NCBI GenBank assembly: GCA_973895155.1
Contig: OZ316898.1
Location: forward strand, 13,670,330-13,734,329
DNA length: 64,000 bases
Origin: Marsupella aquatica
Taxonomy: Eukaryota; Plantae; Marchantiophyta
Direction of reading: 5' to 3'
Below the pieces are notes generated by a model. It was not told where the DNA came from, ran no database searches, and was given only the letters and a program-made list of their open reading frames with translations. A program made the translations under genes and the position numbers. This document shows, one piece after another, positions 40,594 through 51,500 of this stretch. Positions within the stretch are counted from its first letter, which is position 1; each line of letters begins with the position of its first letter.

Positions 40594-43007
40594 ATGCCTG
40601 ACCTTCGAAAGATCTGGTGGGCGTTAGTATATCTTCTTGGAGTTGCCCATGGCGTCCAAGCGGCATGGCCCAACGGGCCCTTCTCTTCCTCCGGCCGCTG
40701 GATCGTCAACACGAATGGCGAACATGTGACCTACGCAGGTGTGAACTGGCCGGGAGCCGCAGACACCATGGTCCCGGAAGGACTACAGTACCAGTCCATT
40801 GCGGCGATCGTATCAAAAATCAATTCGCTTGGGATGAACGTCATCCGCCTGACATTCGCGATCGAGATGATTGACGACATTCTCGACAATGGGGGAGATG
40901 CGAAGGTTAGGGATAGCATGATCATGGCTTTGGGCACAACGAATGGAAACAAGGTGTTTGATCAGATTGTGGCGAATAATCCGCAGTTCAATGCTGAGAC
41001 TACGAGGCTGCAGGTAAGTTTCTTTTTTGTCGTTGATAGTGGAGTTATCGAATGGGAGACAAAATGGCAGTGGAGGAGTTCATCGATTGAGTGATGGCTG
41101 TTTGTGCTGATGTAGGTGTTCGACGCCATCGCAGCCGAATGCTTCCTCCAGCAAGTCTATGTGCACCTCGACAACCACGTCTCCAAAGCAGAATGGTGCT
41201 GCGGGTCAACCGATGGGAATGGCTGGTTCGGGGACCTGTACTTCGATGTCGAAAAATGGCAGCGGGGACTGAAGTTCATGGCTGTGCACGTGAGTCCGTC
41301 CTTTTCCCATCTCCTCCTCCTCCCCATGACATCTCTATCGAGAATTAGACAGTGAAAATCAGTTGTTTGATCCCGGCTTCATTGCTTTTCCAGTTGCGCC
41401 GTCTTCGCAGGGCAAGAGGACGTCATTTCGGCTTAGCAGTGCAATTAATTGTCGCTTCGCACAATATCACTACGGGGTAAAGCAATTTCGCCCGGAGTGA
41501 TGCTGTGCGAGTCCGATATGGATCCAATTGGTAGAAACTACTTCTCTACTGTAGTTAGCTCGAGTTAGCAAGTAACTTCTCCGTTGCCAATTACTTTGGT
41601 GCGTTTAGAATGTTTGGAGGTACGTGAACACGAAAATAGAGCTATGTGTCCGCAGGGTTCGAATCTTTTGAAGATTAAATTTGTACACAATTCACTCTCA
41701 AAAACTCGCAGAGCAATTAGGAGTTGTATCAATTAAAGCTTTTCAGCATCATTCTTAGTGTATTCAAATTACAACCAGAATATGACTCTCCGGTTCCAAA
41801 TAGCGCAATTCTGGCACTTTCGTGCAAATGAAAGTGCAATTTGAAGAAAAATATTTCAGTACATTACAAATCAGATCGATCAGAGAATGAAGAAAGATCA
41901 CTCGTTCCGAAATAGCTTCTAGTCTATGTGTTTTTAGCCTGCTACGCACATCAGAGGCCGGCATGGTGCGATCGCTTGGGAGATTGTCTTTAAAGGTTTC
42001 AGAAGTTAGAGTAACAATTGATGATAGACGTCAAGGTCGCGAAGAAATATGTTGTCACTCTATTGAGATACATCGCTGATAATTGTATCTATCACTCATA
42101 CCGAAATTGCTTGTAGAGTATGTTTTCTCAACCTATTCCGCAGATTGTTGGCCGGCAGGGTGCGATCGTTTGGAGATTGTCAGTAAAGGTTTTTACAATT
42201 TAGAGTATGAATTGATGATCGACTCCAGGTTCGGAAAGAAATATCTTGTCACTCATTCGACATACAGAGCTGATAATTATATATGTTTGTTCGAATCAGG
42301 GCGCAAACTGGGGGAACATGATGTCGATGGGAATGCGCAATGAGCTCCGCAGCTCCGGCTCGTCCACATACGGCTGGTCAACCTGGTACACAAACATGGT
42401 CGCAGCCGGCAACGCCATCTACTCCGTGAACCCGGACACACTGATCTTCTTCTCCGGTCTCAATTATGACTTGGACTTGTCCCCGATCCCTCATGCTGAT
42501 CCTCTGGGAGACAATGGCACAGCGTTCCTTAACACCGATTTCGATTTTCAGCACAAGACTGTGCTGGAGTTGCATGATTATGAATGGGACTCCAATGCCC
42601 CGAGCTGTGCGGGTGTGGTGTCCATCCTTGACCATGCTGGGTTTGATGCGCTGGGGGAAAATGCGACGAATCGGTTGCCGGTTGTGATGACAGAGTGGGG
42701 GCATTATCAAGATGGCAACGGCTATGGTAGTCTTTACTCGAGCTGCTTGAGGACGTATTTGCCGCAGATACAGGCGGGGTGGACAGTGTGGGTGCTTGCC
42801 GGGAGCTACTACATCCGATCTGGGACACAGGATCTTGATGAGACTTGGGGATTGCTAAACCACGACTGGTCGGATTGGCGATATGCCGAAGGGATAGATA
42901 ACGGGATCATCCCGATGGTGAAAGCTTCGCTAGGCCAAGTGGAGTCTGATCATGTGATTAAGTTACAGAATGAGGAAAAGGATAGGTTGAGGGAAGGCAC
43001 GGTCTGA
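40594..43007 (+). CDS. Secreted glycoside hydrolase family 5, fungal-like (possibly GH5_16 beta-1,6-galactanase type), 433 aa, 3 exons
   Basis: Exons 40594-41013, 41116-41289, 42300-43007 (phase 0, GTAAGT/GTGAGT donors). Signal peptide ..GVQA-AWPNGPF. Motifs GVNWPG, NVIRLT, HLDNH, acid/base RNELR, ELHDY, nucleophile MTEWG, GWTVW. Confidence 0.9.
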
Positions 43008-43704
43008 ACATGAAATGGAATGTGCAGGTGAAATCTCCATCGCAATTATCACTGTTCATTCAAAAGTAATGCAGGAAGCCACGATCATCTTGGGTTTAAG
43101 AGGAGCACAAGAACTTGAAATTCTTTCACGGCCATATCTCCAATTGCAGCCTATTCCTCTCGAAACTCCAAACTTGCGATTCTGTCACTGAGGTCTCAAG
43201 TTTTTGAGTATTTACAAGTCACAGAAAATGATTGAAATCCGTTCACTGTCAACAAATCGAAGCCTCGGTGATCCGAATAGTGCTTGAGTGTATCGTTGCA
43301 GCTACTCTAATAGGTATCGGTGAATCTGTATCTGAATCCCTTCTGTATAGAAATAATATCAATCCTGGTGCTACTATTCCTATTCCTATTCCTACTTCTG
43401 CATCTGTATCCAACTTTGGCAGCCGCTTCTGCAAAACAACGGTTATCATACACATCATAGCAGCTTCGATCGTGGTACTGAGACTGCCATTTAGGGCGCT
43501 TTAACGACGTACATTCCGAGAGAGGGAAACAAGAGAAAGGCAAAGCTACTGCACAGGAGCGACAAGCAGAAGAGAAGGCAGGATTTCTTTCTTGAAGGGA
43601 AGATATTAGGGGTCGGCGTGGGGAGGGCAAGACTATGTACACCGTTTTTTTTTTTTTTCCTCTTCTTGAAAGCTGAAAGTAGATCCATCTCATCCAAGAG
43701 AGAA

Positions 43705-44145
43705 TAGACAATCTATACTTTGGAGTATGCTATAGTGTAGGGTAGCGGATTCTCCATCTAACATCTCCATTTGGAATATGCACCAGTGTAGGGTAGTCCA
43801 CAAGGGGAACTCCATTCAACAGAGGTATGCACTAGTGAAGCATAGGCACTCTACTTTGGAGTATGCACTAGTGAAGGATAGGCACTCTACTTTGGAGTAT
43901 GCACTAGTGAAGGATAGACAATCTACTTTGGAGTGTGCACTAGTGAAGAGGATAGACAATCTACTTTGGACTATGCACTAGTGTAGGGTAGCCCATAAGG
44001 GTGACTCCATCCGATAGAGTATAGACAATCTACTTTGGAGGATGCACTAGTGTAGGGTAGCCCATAAAGGGGGACTCCATCAAACAGAGGATAGACAATC
44101 TACTTTTGAGTATGTACTATTGTAGGGTAGCTCACAAGGGGGGAC
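43705..44145. repeat. Minisatellite built on CTACTTTGGAGTATGCACTAGTG
   Basis: About 8-9 copies of the core in 33-65-bp units. Confidence 0.9.
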
Positions 44146-45399
44146 TATACCCAGGTATTGAGAGGGACCTGTACCAGCAAGGATAGAGAGTTAGACCAAG
44201 ACTGCAGCCAGCGAGAGGCCAAGGAGAAACCAGTACTCCCACCAGTACACCTCACCTACACAAACACACACATAGAGGCTATGGGTTAGAAAGTGCAACT
44301 CTCCACACCCTTTTCCCACATGAAAATTTGAAATTCAGAGAGGCTACCTGAGGAGCTATGTTAAACCCAGGCCTGCTCAAGCTTTGATGGAAGGATGGGG
44401 AAAGCTTCTCTCGGCACATAATTTTTGAAACATTTGAGGTTTTGTGTGACTTTCTTGAATGGGAGGAATGGAGTAGTGGGCTGTGCGATGGCCCACATGT
44501 TAGTTCTACTGCCAATCTAAGCTTTGACAAAATTTATCTGCATTCTTTATGTCCTGTTGTCAGTCACCTGAATTGCAGTTTTTCTCTCATCAGAGAGCAT
44601 AACGTGTACATTTTTGAAGGGTTGTACATGGCCCCATCACACATTTTTGGATTTGCAATCTTCAGCCTCCACACCAATTAGATCCTTTCAAAAGCATAGA
44701 AGGCACTTCTCACCCGTTTACTAATTTCATCATAGGCTCTCCATTAAAACTTAATTAGTTGTATCCATTCAGAAAAGAGAGAGGTGGGCTGTCTCTTTCA
44801 AGGCTACGTTCATGTGATAGGAGTCTCTGACTTTTGTCCATGGAAGGAAATTTCAGGTACGGTCAGGGACCAGTGCGTGGCCTGCAGTTCTGTCTAAAAC
44901 TGAAGGTGAAACATGATTTAAGTCTCCTGGCAATGTACACAGGTGAAACTAGAGGTCATGAAATGCGTCTCACATTCAGTTCTGCTCAACTCCAGCCGGA
45001 GGGCCGGGTGTCTCACATTGCTGTGGTGGGCTCATCTCACCATGAACTTTTCAGAATTCTCATTTTTTAGGGCTTTATGGTAACTGACCTTTTGGCCTGG
45101 AAAGTGGTTTCCTGGCACAGTTTGCCCCACCACTTTAGGGGAAAATTCTAGAAGGTCAACCATAACTGCACCTGTAAAGTTACGGGTCACCCGGAGCTCT
45201 CATTGTTCTTCATTAGGAATGGGAGTAAGCTCCACCTTTGCACTGTTCACCACAGGATAAAAATGGACAATAATAGGGAAGAAGGGAATGGAGCTTTTAT
45301 ACGAGCAGGTGTGGTTTAAGCTTTCAAACAGGTTTTCAACTTCTTGGGTCCTAGTGCACTCTAATGGGGGGTAACTTGGAAAAATGCTCCTCCTGTATG

Positions 45400-46041
45400 G
45401 GACATTCTACTCCAGTCCACCGAGTGGGTAGCAATGGCCAAATGGAGATGGGGTGACCCTACATGTATGGGCGAATCTACTCCCATCAGTCACCAGCGGA
45501 GATGGGCAGCAAGGGCCAAATTGAGATGTAATCTCTGTAGGGAATGAAGATGACCATTTTTGCAGCTGCCTGCTATTCCCATAATATCCTGCCGGGAAGT
45601 GACCTCTTTTTCCAGAGTGATTATTTCTTATAATGGAGGTTTGGGCAGGGATTCTAGCATGAACCGTGTTCCAAGAAAACTCAAAAAAGCTTCCCCTCTG
45701 GTCACTGGGTTACAAGCCACCTGACCAACATTATCCTACACAAATGGACTCTGCCTGTATAGGCCGTTCTACTCCAGTAAGTGACCAAAGGGAGATGGGC
45801 AGCAAGCCAAATGGAGATGGGCAGCAAGCCAAATGGAGATGAAGTCTATTGGCCATTTTACTCGAGTCAGTGACCAAACAGAGATGGGGAGCAAAGGGTT
45901 ATAATTATGGAGACGATGTGGATCTCTACCTGCGGAGATGGCAGCAAATGGTCATATAGAGATGGTGTGAATATATCTGTATGGGCCTTTGTACTCGAGT
46001 CAGTGACCAGACAGAGATGGGCAGCAAGGGCCAAATGGAGG
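45400..46041. repeat. Dispersed short repeats (GAGATGGGCAGCAAG(GG)CCAAATGGAG; TACTC..GTCAGTGACC), probable TE subterminal array
   Basis: Motif recurs about six times. Confidence 0.6.
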
Positions 46042-46318
46042 TGGCGTGCCTCTACTTCTATTTATGGGCCTTTCTTTTTCAGTCATCAGTCACCATTCGT
46101 CCGTCAGTTCTACACTAACTTGTCATCTACGTACTTTGTTTGTCAAATGTCCCGCATCTCTATCTCCAGTCGAGTCCTAATAACGATTGGTATTTAAGGT
46201 GATGTCATGTTGTGTCTGTCCATCATTCAGTCGGGTTGAGCTTCAGACTCTACACGGTGCGTGCGGGGTTTTGCGACTACTTGTGCGGACACTTTGGTGA
46301 TGATTGCTTCGAAGTGCT

Positions 46319-46595
46319 AGAGTCAAATTCGCAGTTCAAGCTCGTTAGGGAACTGGCTTTAATTCTGGCGATTAGAACTTGCTTCGGAGTATTTTGTACC
46401 TGTCCGAGCAAGAGTCAAAATTCGCAGTTCAAGCTCGTTAGGGGACTGGCTTTAATTCTGGCGATTAGAACTTGCTTCGGAGGATTTTGCACCTGTCCGA
46501 GCAAGAGTCAAATTCGCAGTTCAAGCTCGTTAGGGGACTGGCTTTAATTCTGGCGATTAGAACTTGCTTCGGAGGATTTTGCACCTGTCCGAGCA
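46319..46595. repeat. Three 92-93-bp tandem repeats
   Basis: AGAGTCAAA(A)TTCGCAGTTCAAGCTCG... units start at 46319, 46411 and 46504. Confidence 0.93.
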
Positions 46596-48559
46596 GCGAT
46601 ACTCGATTCCACCAACATCGATTTGTGGGTGAGGAAAGAATGGCTCGTACTAAGACGCAGGTCATGAATGCAGCAGGCAAGGCTGGGTTCAGCAACGTCC
46701 GTGACTATCTTACGTACCGAAAGAGCGTAGAGAGGAATAAGGTCACTCCGGGGCCCAAACGCGAGAGAACAACAGACGAGAGGAATCAATTTTCTCTCCC
46801 TTCTTTAAAGCAAGTCTCTCCTAGAGTTCCGAAGCTGTTGGCTCTGGACCTACGGGAAGGAAGCAAAGGTCGTAATGGGCGATGGCGACGCCTCGGTGCT
46901 AGATTCGCCTGGTCACCTGGATGGCGGACCTAGCTACACGACGGAGATACGGTGGAAAAACTGCATCCGGTCATTGCACCTGCTGGACTCAATGTAGATG
47001 TGTGCCCACAGCATCCACTAGCGAGGCAAACAGCGGGAGTCGTTGAAAACGGATGGAGTAGGAAATTGAGAGCTGTTGTGATAAGCGTTGTAAGGTTGGT
47101 CAAGAAACAATTCGACAAAATCAAAGCACCTGCTGAACTACACGTAGATGTGGACACCACATCGGAAGGCAAACAGCGGGAGTTATTGAAAGTCGGTGGA
47201 TTAGGAGATTGCATTGAGATCTGTAATGATCATCGTTGTAAGGTTGGTCAAGAACAATTGGACCGGAGGAATGATTTAACGAAGCTCAAAAGCATCGAGA
47301 GCCAGGGCAGTCTTCATCACTAGGCGTGCACCTTGATTTGCACCGCAGAAATCGAAAATGCACACGTTGGAACGGTGTAAATCTCGAAATAGACTCCTAG
47401 TCGTCGTTCCTATCTCAGTGGCTGTTACCTCGTAGCTAAATGCCTTTTCTCTCAAATCATCGGGCAAAGCCACAAGAGCTGGAAGGCACGCAATCACAGG
47501 CGAGAACAACAGGAACACAATTAGTTCGTGTGTTCAGCTTTTGAGAATTTTGATGCCTTTGATTGCTGGCAAATGTCTGGCCACATCAAATATATTGCAA
47601 ATTTTGGAAAAAACCCATATGTAAATTTGAAATTTAATGCCTGTTGTTTGAGGTACAGATTACTAAACGAGCTCCCAAACTAGGCCGCAGTGAAAAGTCT
47701 TACTAGCTGTCTTCAGTTGCTCCCAAAGTAAGCAGTGAAAAGTCTTACTAGCTGTCTTCGGTTTGTATTTTGAAGCGAGGGTCAGGGAACAGGACATAAT
47801 TGTGGAACATATGGAATCTGATTACTTAAGACTACTGCGGTGGTTCGCGATGGAAGAACCTATTGTGGTGGCTTGAACTCAATATTCGGAAATGCTTCTT
47901 CTACACTATCAACAAGAAAATACTAGTGTCAATATTAAGCGAAACCATGCGAGAGATACGTAAGGTGTGCACTGAGTAATATATATACAAACGGATAGGT
48001 ACAATCAAGGAGACCGCCAGGAGTAAATTTTTTCAACACAAGAGTTTCTTTTCAAGGCTCCAATCACACGAAGACGTGAGTCCGTACTCTGTCACAAAAA
48101 AGGTGAATGAGCAGGAAAATTTCCGGACCGCAACGAGCAGAAGCTTAAATTCTTGATCAAGTGGGAGAGCTGCAATGCGAGTATTTTCAATCCTCCACCA
48201 GTTTCGACAGTCCGTATCTGTTGCTCTTGCAAAGAGCAGACTCATCTTTGGAGCTGTCATTGTTGGATAACTCCCCGTTGCCGTGCGAGCTGGAACGGCA
48301 GTGTGTTCCTATAGCTGAGATTTTAAATCCTCCATCCTCGCTAACGGAATTGCAAACGGAGTTGTACATATAACCGGCTAAGGCAATCCTGAGCATCACA
48401 TGAGTGGAGTGTCACGTACTCTCCAGTACTGAACAGCTTGCTAGCGAATGGATGTCACAGCTCCAATTTAAACATCAAGCGCATGACTGTATATACAATT
48501 ACGTACAGTCTGAATTACAAAATTTGTGAGGGTAGAGGTGAAGAGGAGCTACTGTCATC

Positions 48560-51500
48560 CTACCCACTGCACGGATCAAAATTGAGCTCGCCCGTTGCAA
48601 GAGGGCCATCGACGACCGTCAATTCCGCAGGGAGGGAAGCAGGGTCGAGCTCGACAGATCCGGGAAGAAGTGAAATTCCATGACTATCCATCTTCTCAGC
48701 TGGTACCCTGTGTGAAAATTTCCGCAGGCCCTTAGGCATGTAGGTCTTGATACCGTGTGGCCCCTCCTGTGGATGGAAAACTGTCTTGAATCCTTTGGTC
48801 TTTACCAGCCTCACTGCATGCACACCAATTTCTGCAGAATAGTCATCAAGCATCTGCACGATGTGGTACTCGTAAGACTGGTTGAATGTCCCGTTTGGTG
48901 TGAGAATTGGCTTTGGCCCAAGCATGTGCAAGATATCCCAATTGCTGAAGATGGCCCAGACCTCGCTCTTTCTCGGATAAACTGCAATCCGTCCCCTGGC
49001 TGGTGCTGCTTTCTCGAGCACCAAGTGAGAAAACACACCGATTTGCCTCTCGATTTCAGAAACTTGGCTGATTTCATACTCACCACATGCAATGGACAAC
49101 CCCGTGGCATCCACCCACCACCTCTTCTTTTTGAGAGGCTCGAGCCATGAAAGTTCCACTTGGAAGGGTGAATGACCAACTCCAGTGATGAGGCCGTAAT
49201 ACCTCGGCATTCCATCGTGGTCATCGTATATTGCCCACACCTGGCCAGGAATGACGTCCTTCTCTGTGCGGAGACTGTCAAAATTGTGAAATTCTGGATC
49301 AGGCACCGTGACGTGGGATACGTCTCTCTCTGGAGCTGGTTCTGACGGACACGGATTGCAGATTGCCAAAGGCACTGGCTCCGGCGAGCTGCAATTCAGG
49401 TTTCTTTGGTTTGGAAAAGGCTCAGTGACTGTCAGCGCCAGGTTCTCGGCCAGAGAAATATCCCTGCTATGTTCTATCTCTATCCTGGATATCATCAGCG
49501 GAGAAATATCCTGATCCCTTCTATGTTCTATCTCTATCCTGGATATCATCAGCGGCTGGGTAGGCTCAGCCTGATCACATCCAGGGGCCTGGTTCTGGAG
49601 AACATCACCTTCGTTTACATATTTATCGTGATGAGCATCTGTCCCGTTTGGGTCGGGGGACATGGAGTTCGGCTTGGCCTGGCTCGATGTCGGAGTTATT
49701 TCCAAGTTTGAAGCACGTTTTCCAGCCGGACTGCCGTCGTCATGCTTAAGTCGTCGTTTCAAACGCCTAGTGCTGTCTAGAGCATCCTCGTGATGTTTCC
49801 AAGACTTACTGCTGTCAACATGCTCGAGTGCTAAATAATGGAGAATCGGATCATAGAAACCCAGAGAAAATTCCTGCATTCGGCTTGCCACGAAGTCATC
49901 CTCACCGAGATACTCCCGACGACCGCGTGACAGGAGAGCGTATTTACATTGGAGAAACTCTTCCTCCGGCATCTGCAGTTTGTCTCTCATTCGCTCCTTA
50001 ACCAGAGCCAAGGTCTCGTTTTGTCTCACCACCATGAGGAACGGCTCTCCAAAAAAGTCACACTTCCGAGAACTTTGAGGGCAACGGAAATGGCGAACAT
50101 GGATCAGTCGATCTTTGGGACCCATGTCTCTGTCTTCCTCTGGTATCTCCACAGCTCGGAGGCTGCTCCTGCAAGACCACTCTTGTGCACCACAGACGTA
50201 TCCGATTTTCTCATTCGGATGGTGGATTTTGGTTATTCTGTGGCAACGAACCTCAACGATTCTCATCTGTGCGTCAGCTGGATTGCGTAGTTCCTTCACG
50301 ATACCACGCAGTTTTTCAACGGCGTCCTTCACAGTACTCCGCCTGGGAAGTTCGAGCTCATGAACCGATAGCTCCTCACCTTTTCCACCATGGAAGGTAA
50401 TCGTTAGAGTCTTTGATCCATCGAGTTCCGGCGGATGACAGTCGAGAATTTTGAAGTAGAGAATTGACGTGGTATCCTTGTAAGCGTTACCGAGGAGTGT
50501 GCTGAAGGAGCTAGTGTCCATTGGAAGAGGCTTAGGCAGCTGAAGGAAGCAGTCGTTGAAGTACAACAATATTCTACTCTCATCTTCCAGACCGACTTGT
50601 TGAGCGACTTTCTCAATGGCATCACTGTACGTATCTTGATTTGACAATTCCAAGAGGAAGTCATCGACTGATGGATTTGAGACCCTACGCAAGCGTATCG
50701 TCTGTCTGTTTCTGAGATGTTCTCTAAACGTTGGCAAATCATGGCACCGATAGGTCGTTCTCTCCTTCCCTGTCAAGACTCTGTTATAGACTACAACACT
50801 GCCATCTTCAAGCTCGGTCTCTCCGTATGTTAAATTCGAATCGAGACACCTCAACGAATCCTCCATATACAGTCGTATCTCTGCACCTGGTGCTAGCCCA
50901 GCGATTTCTCGCAGCCACTCAAGAATCTCTATCGGTCGACTCATAATGTGAACAACCAATCCTCCAACGTACTGCAACCGCTCACTTTTTGGACAGTACA
51001 GCTTGAAGAGGAGAAACATATCTTCCTCTGATTTCGAGGGTAGTAGCAGTCGCTGCAGCGAAACTTGTGCCGAGGTTGTGATCTCTACCGACTCTCGCAC
51101 CTCTACCGACTCTCGCACCGCGGTTGCTGAACGCAAGGCTTGCAGGCAGCTGTAATTGTGGGGAGCGCAGTCTAATCGATTAGAATCCGTGGCTCCCGAC
51201 TGGCCTGATTCAAGACCTGGTACATCAGGCTCGACCGTATATGAGAAACTTCTGAGGGTCAGCACCGCGATTGGAAGCTGGTGATCTACACTTGCCACAG
51301 GGATTGCATTCAGAAGTCCAGCATTTCCCTTGAAAGTTTTTGGGACCACAATCAGAAAGAGAAGAAGAGAGTACGTTGGACTTTGCCAAGTTTTAGAATG
51401 GAGCTCGTAGTAATCTGTCGATAAGGCGAAGCATTCCTTGATCTGCCGGACTCCTTGGAGACCGGTCTCCATGATCTTTCCGACCTCAGCTGTCGGAGCT

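Noticed and set aside
43232-43711. Possible minus-strand 5' UTR exon of a gene enclosing GH5
   Set aside because: No downstream coding exons could be identified.
43705-44145. CRISPR-like appearance of the repeat array
   Set aside because: The spacers are themselves repeated, there are no cas genes, and the context is eukaryotic: a minisatellite.
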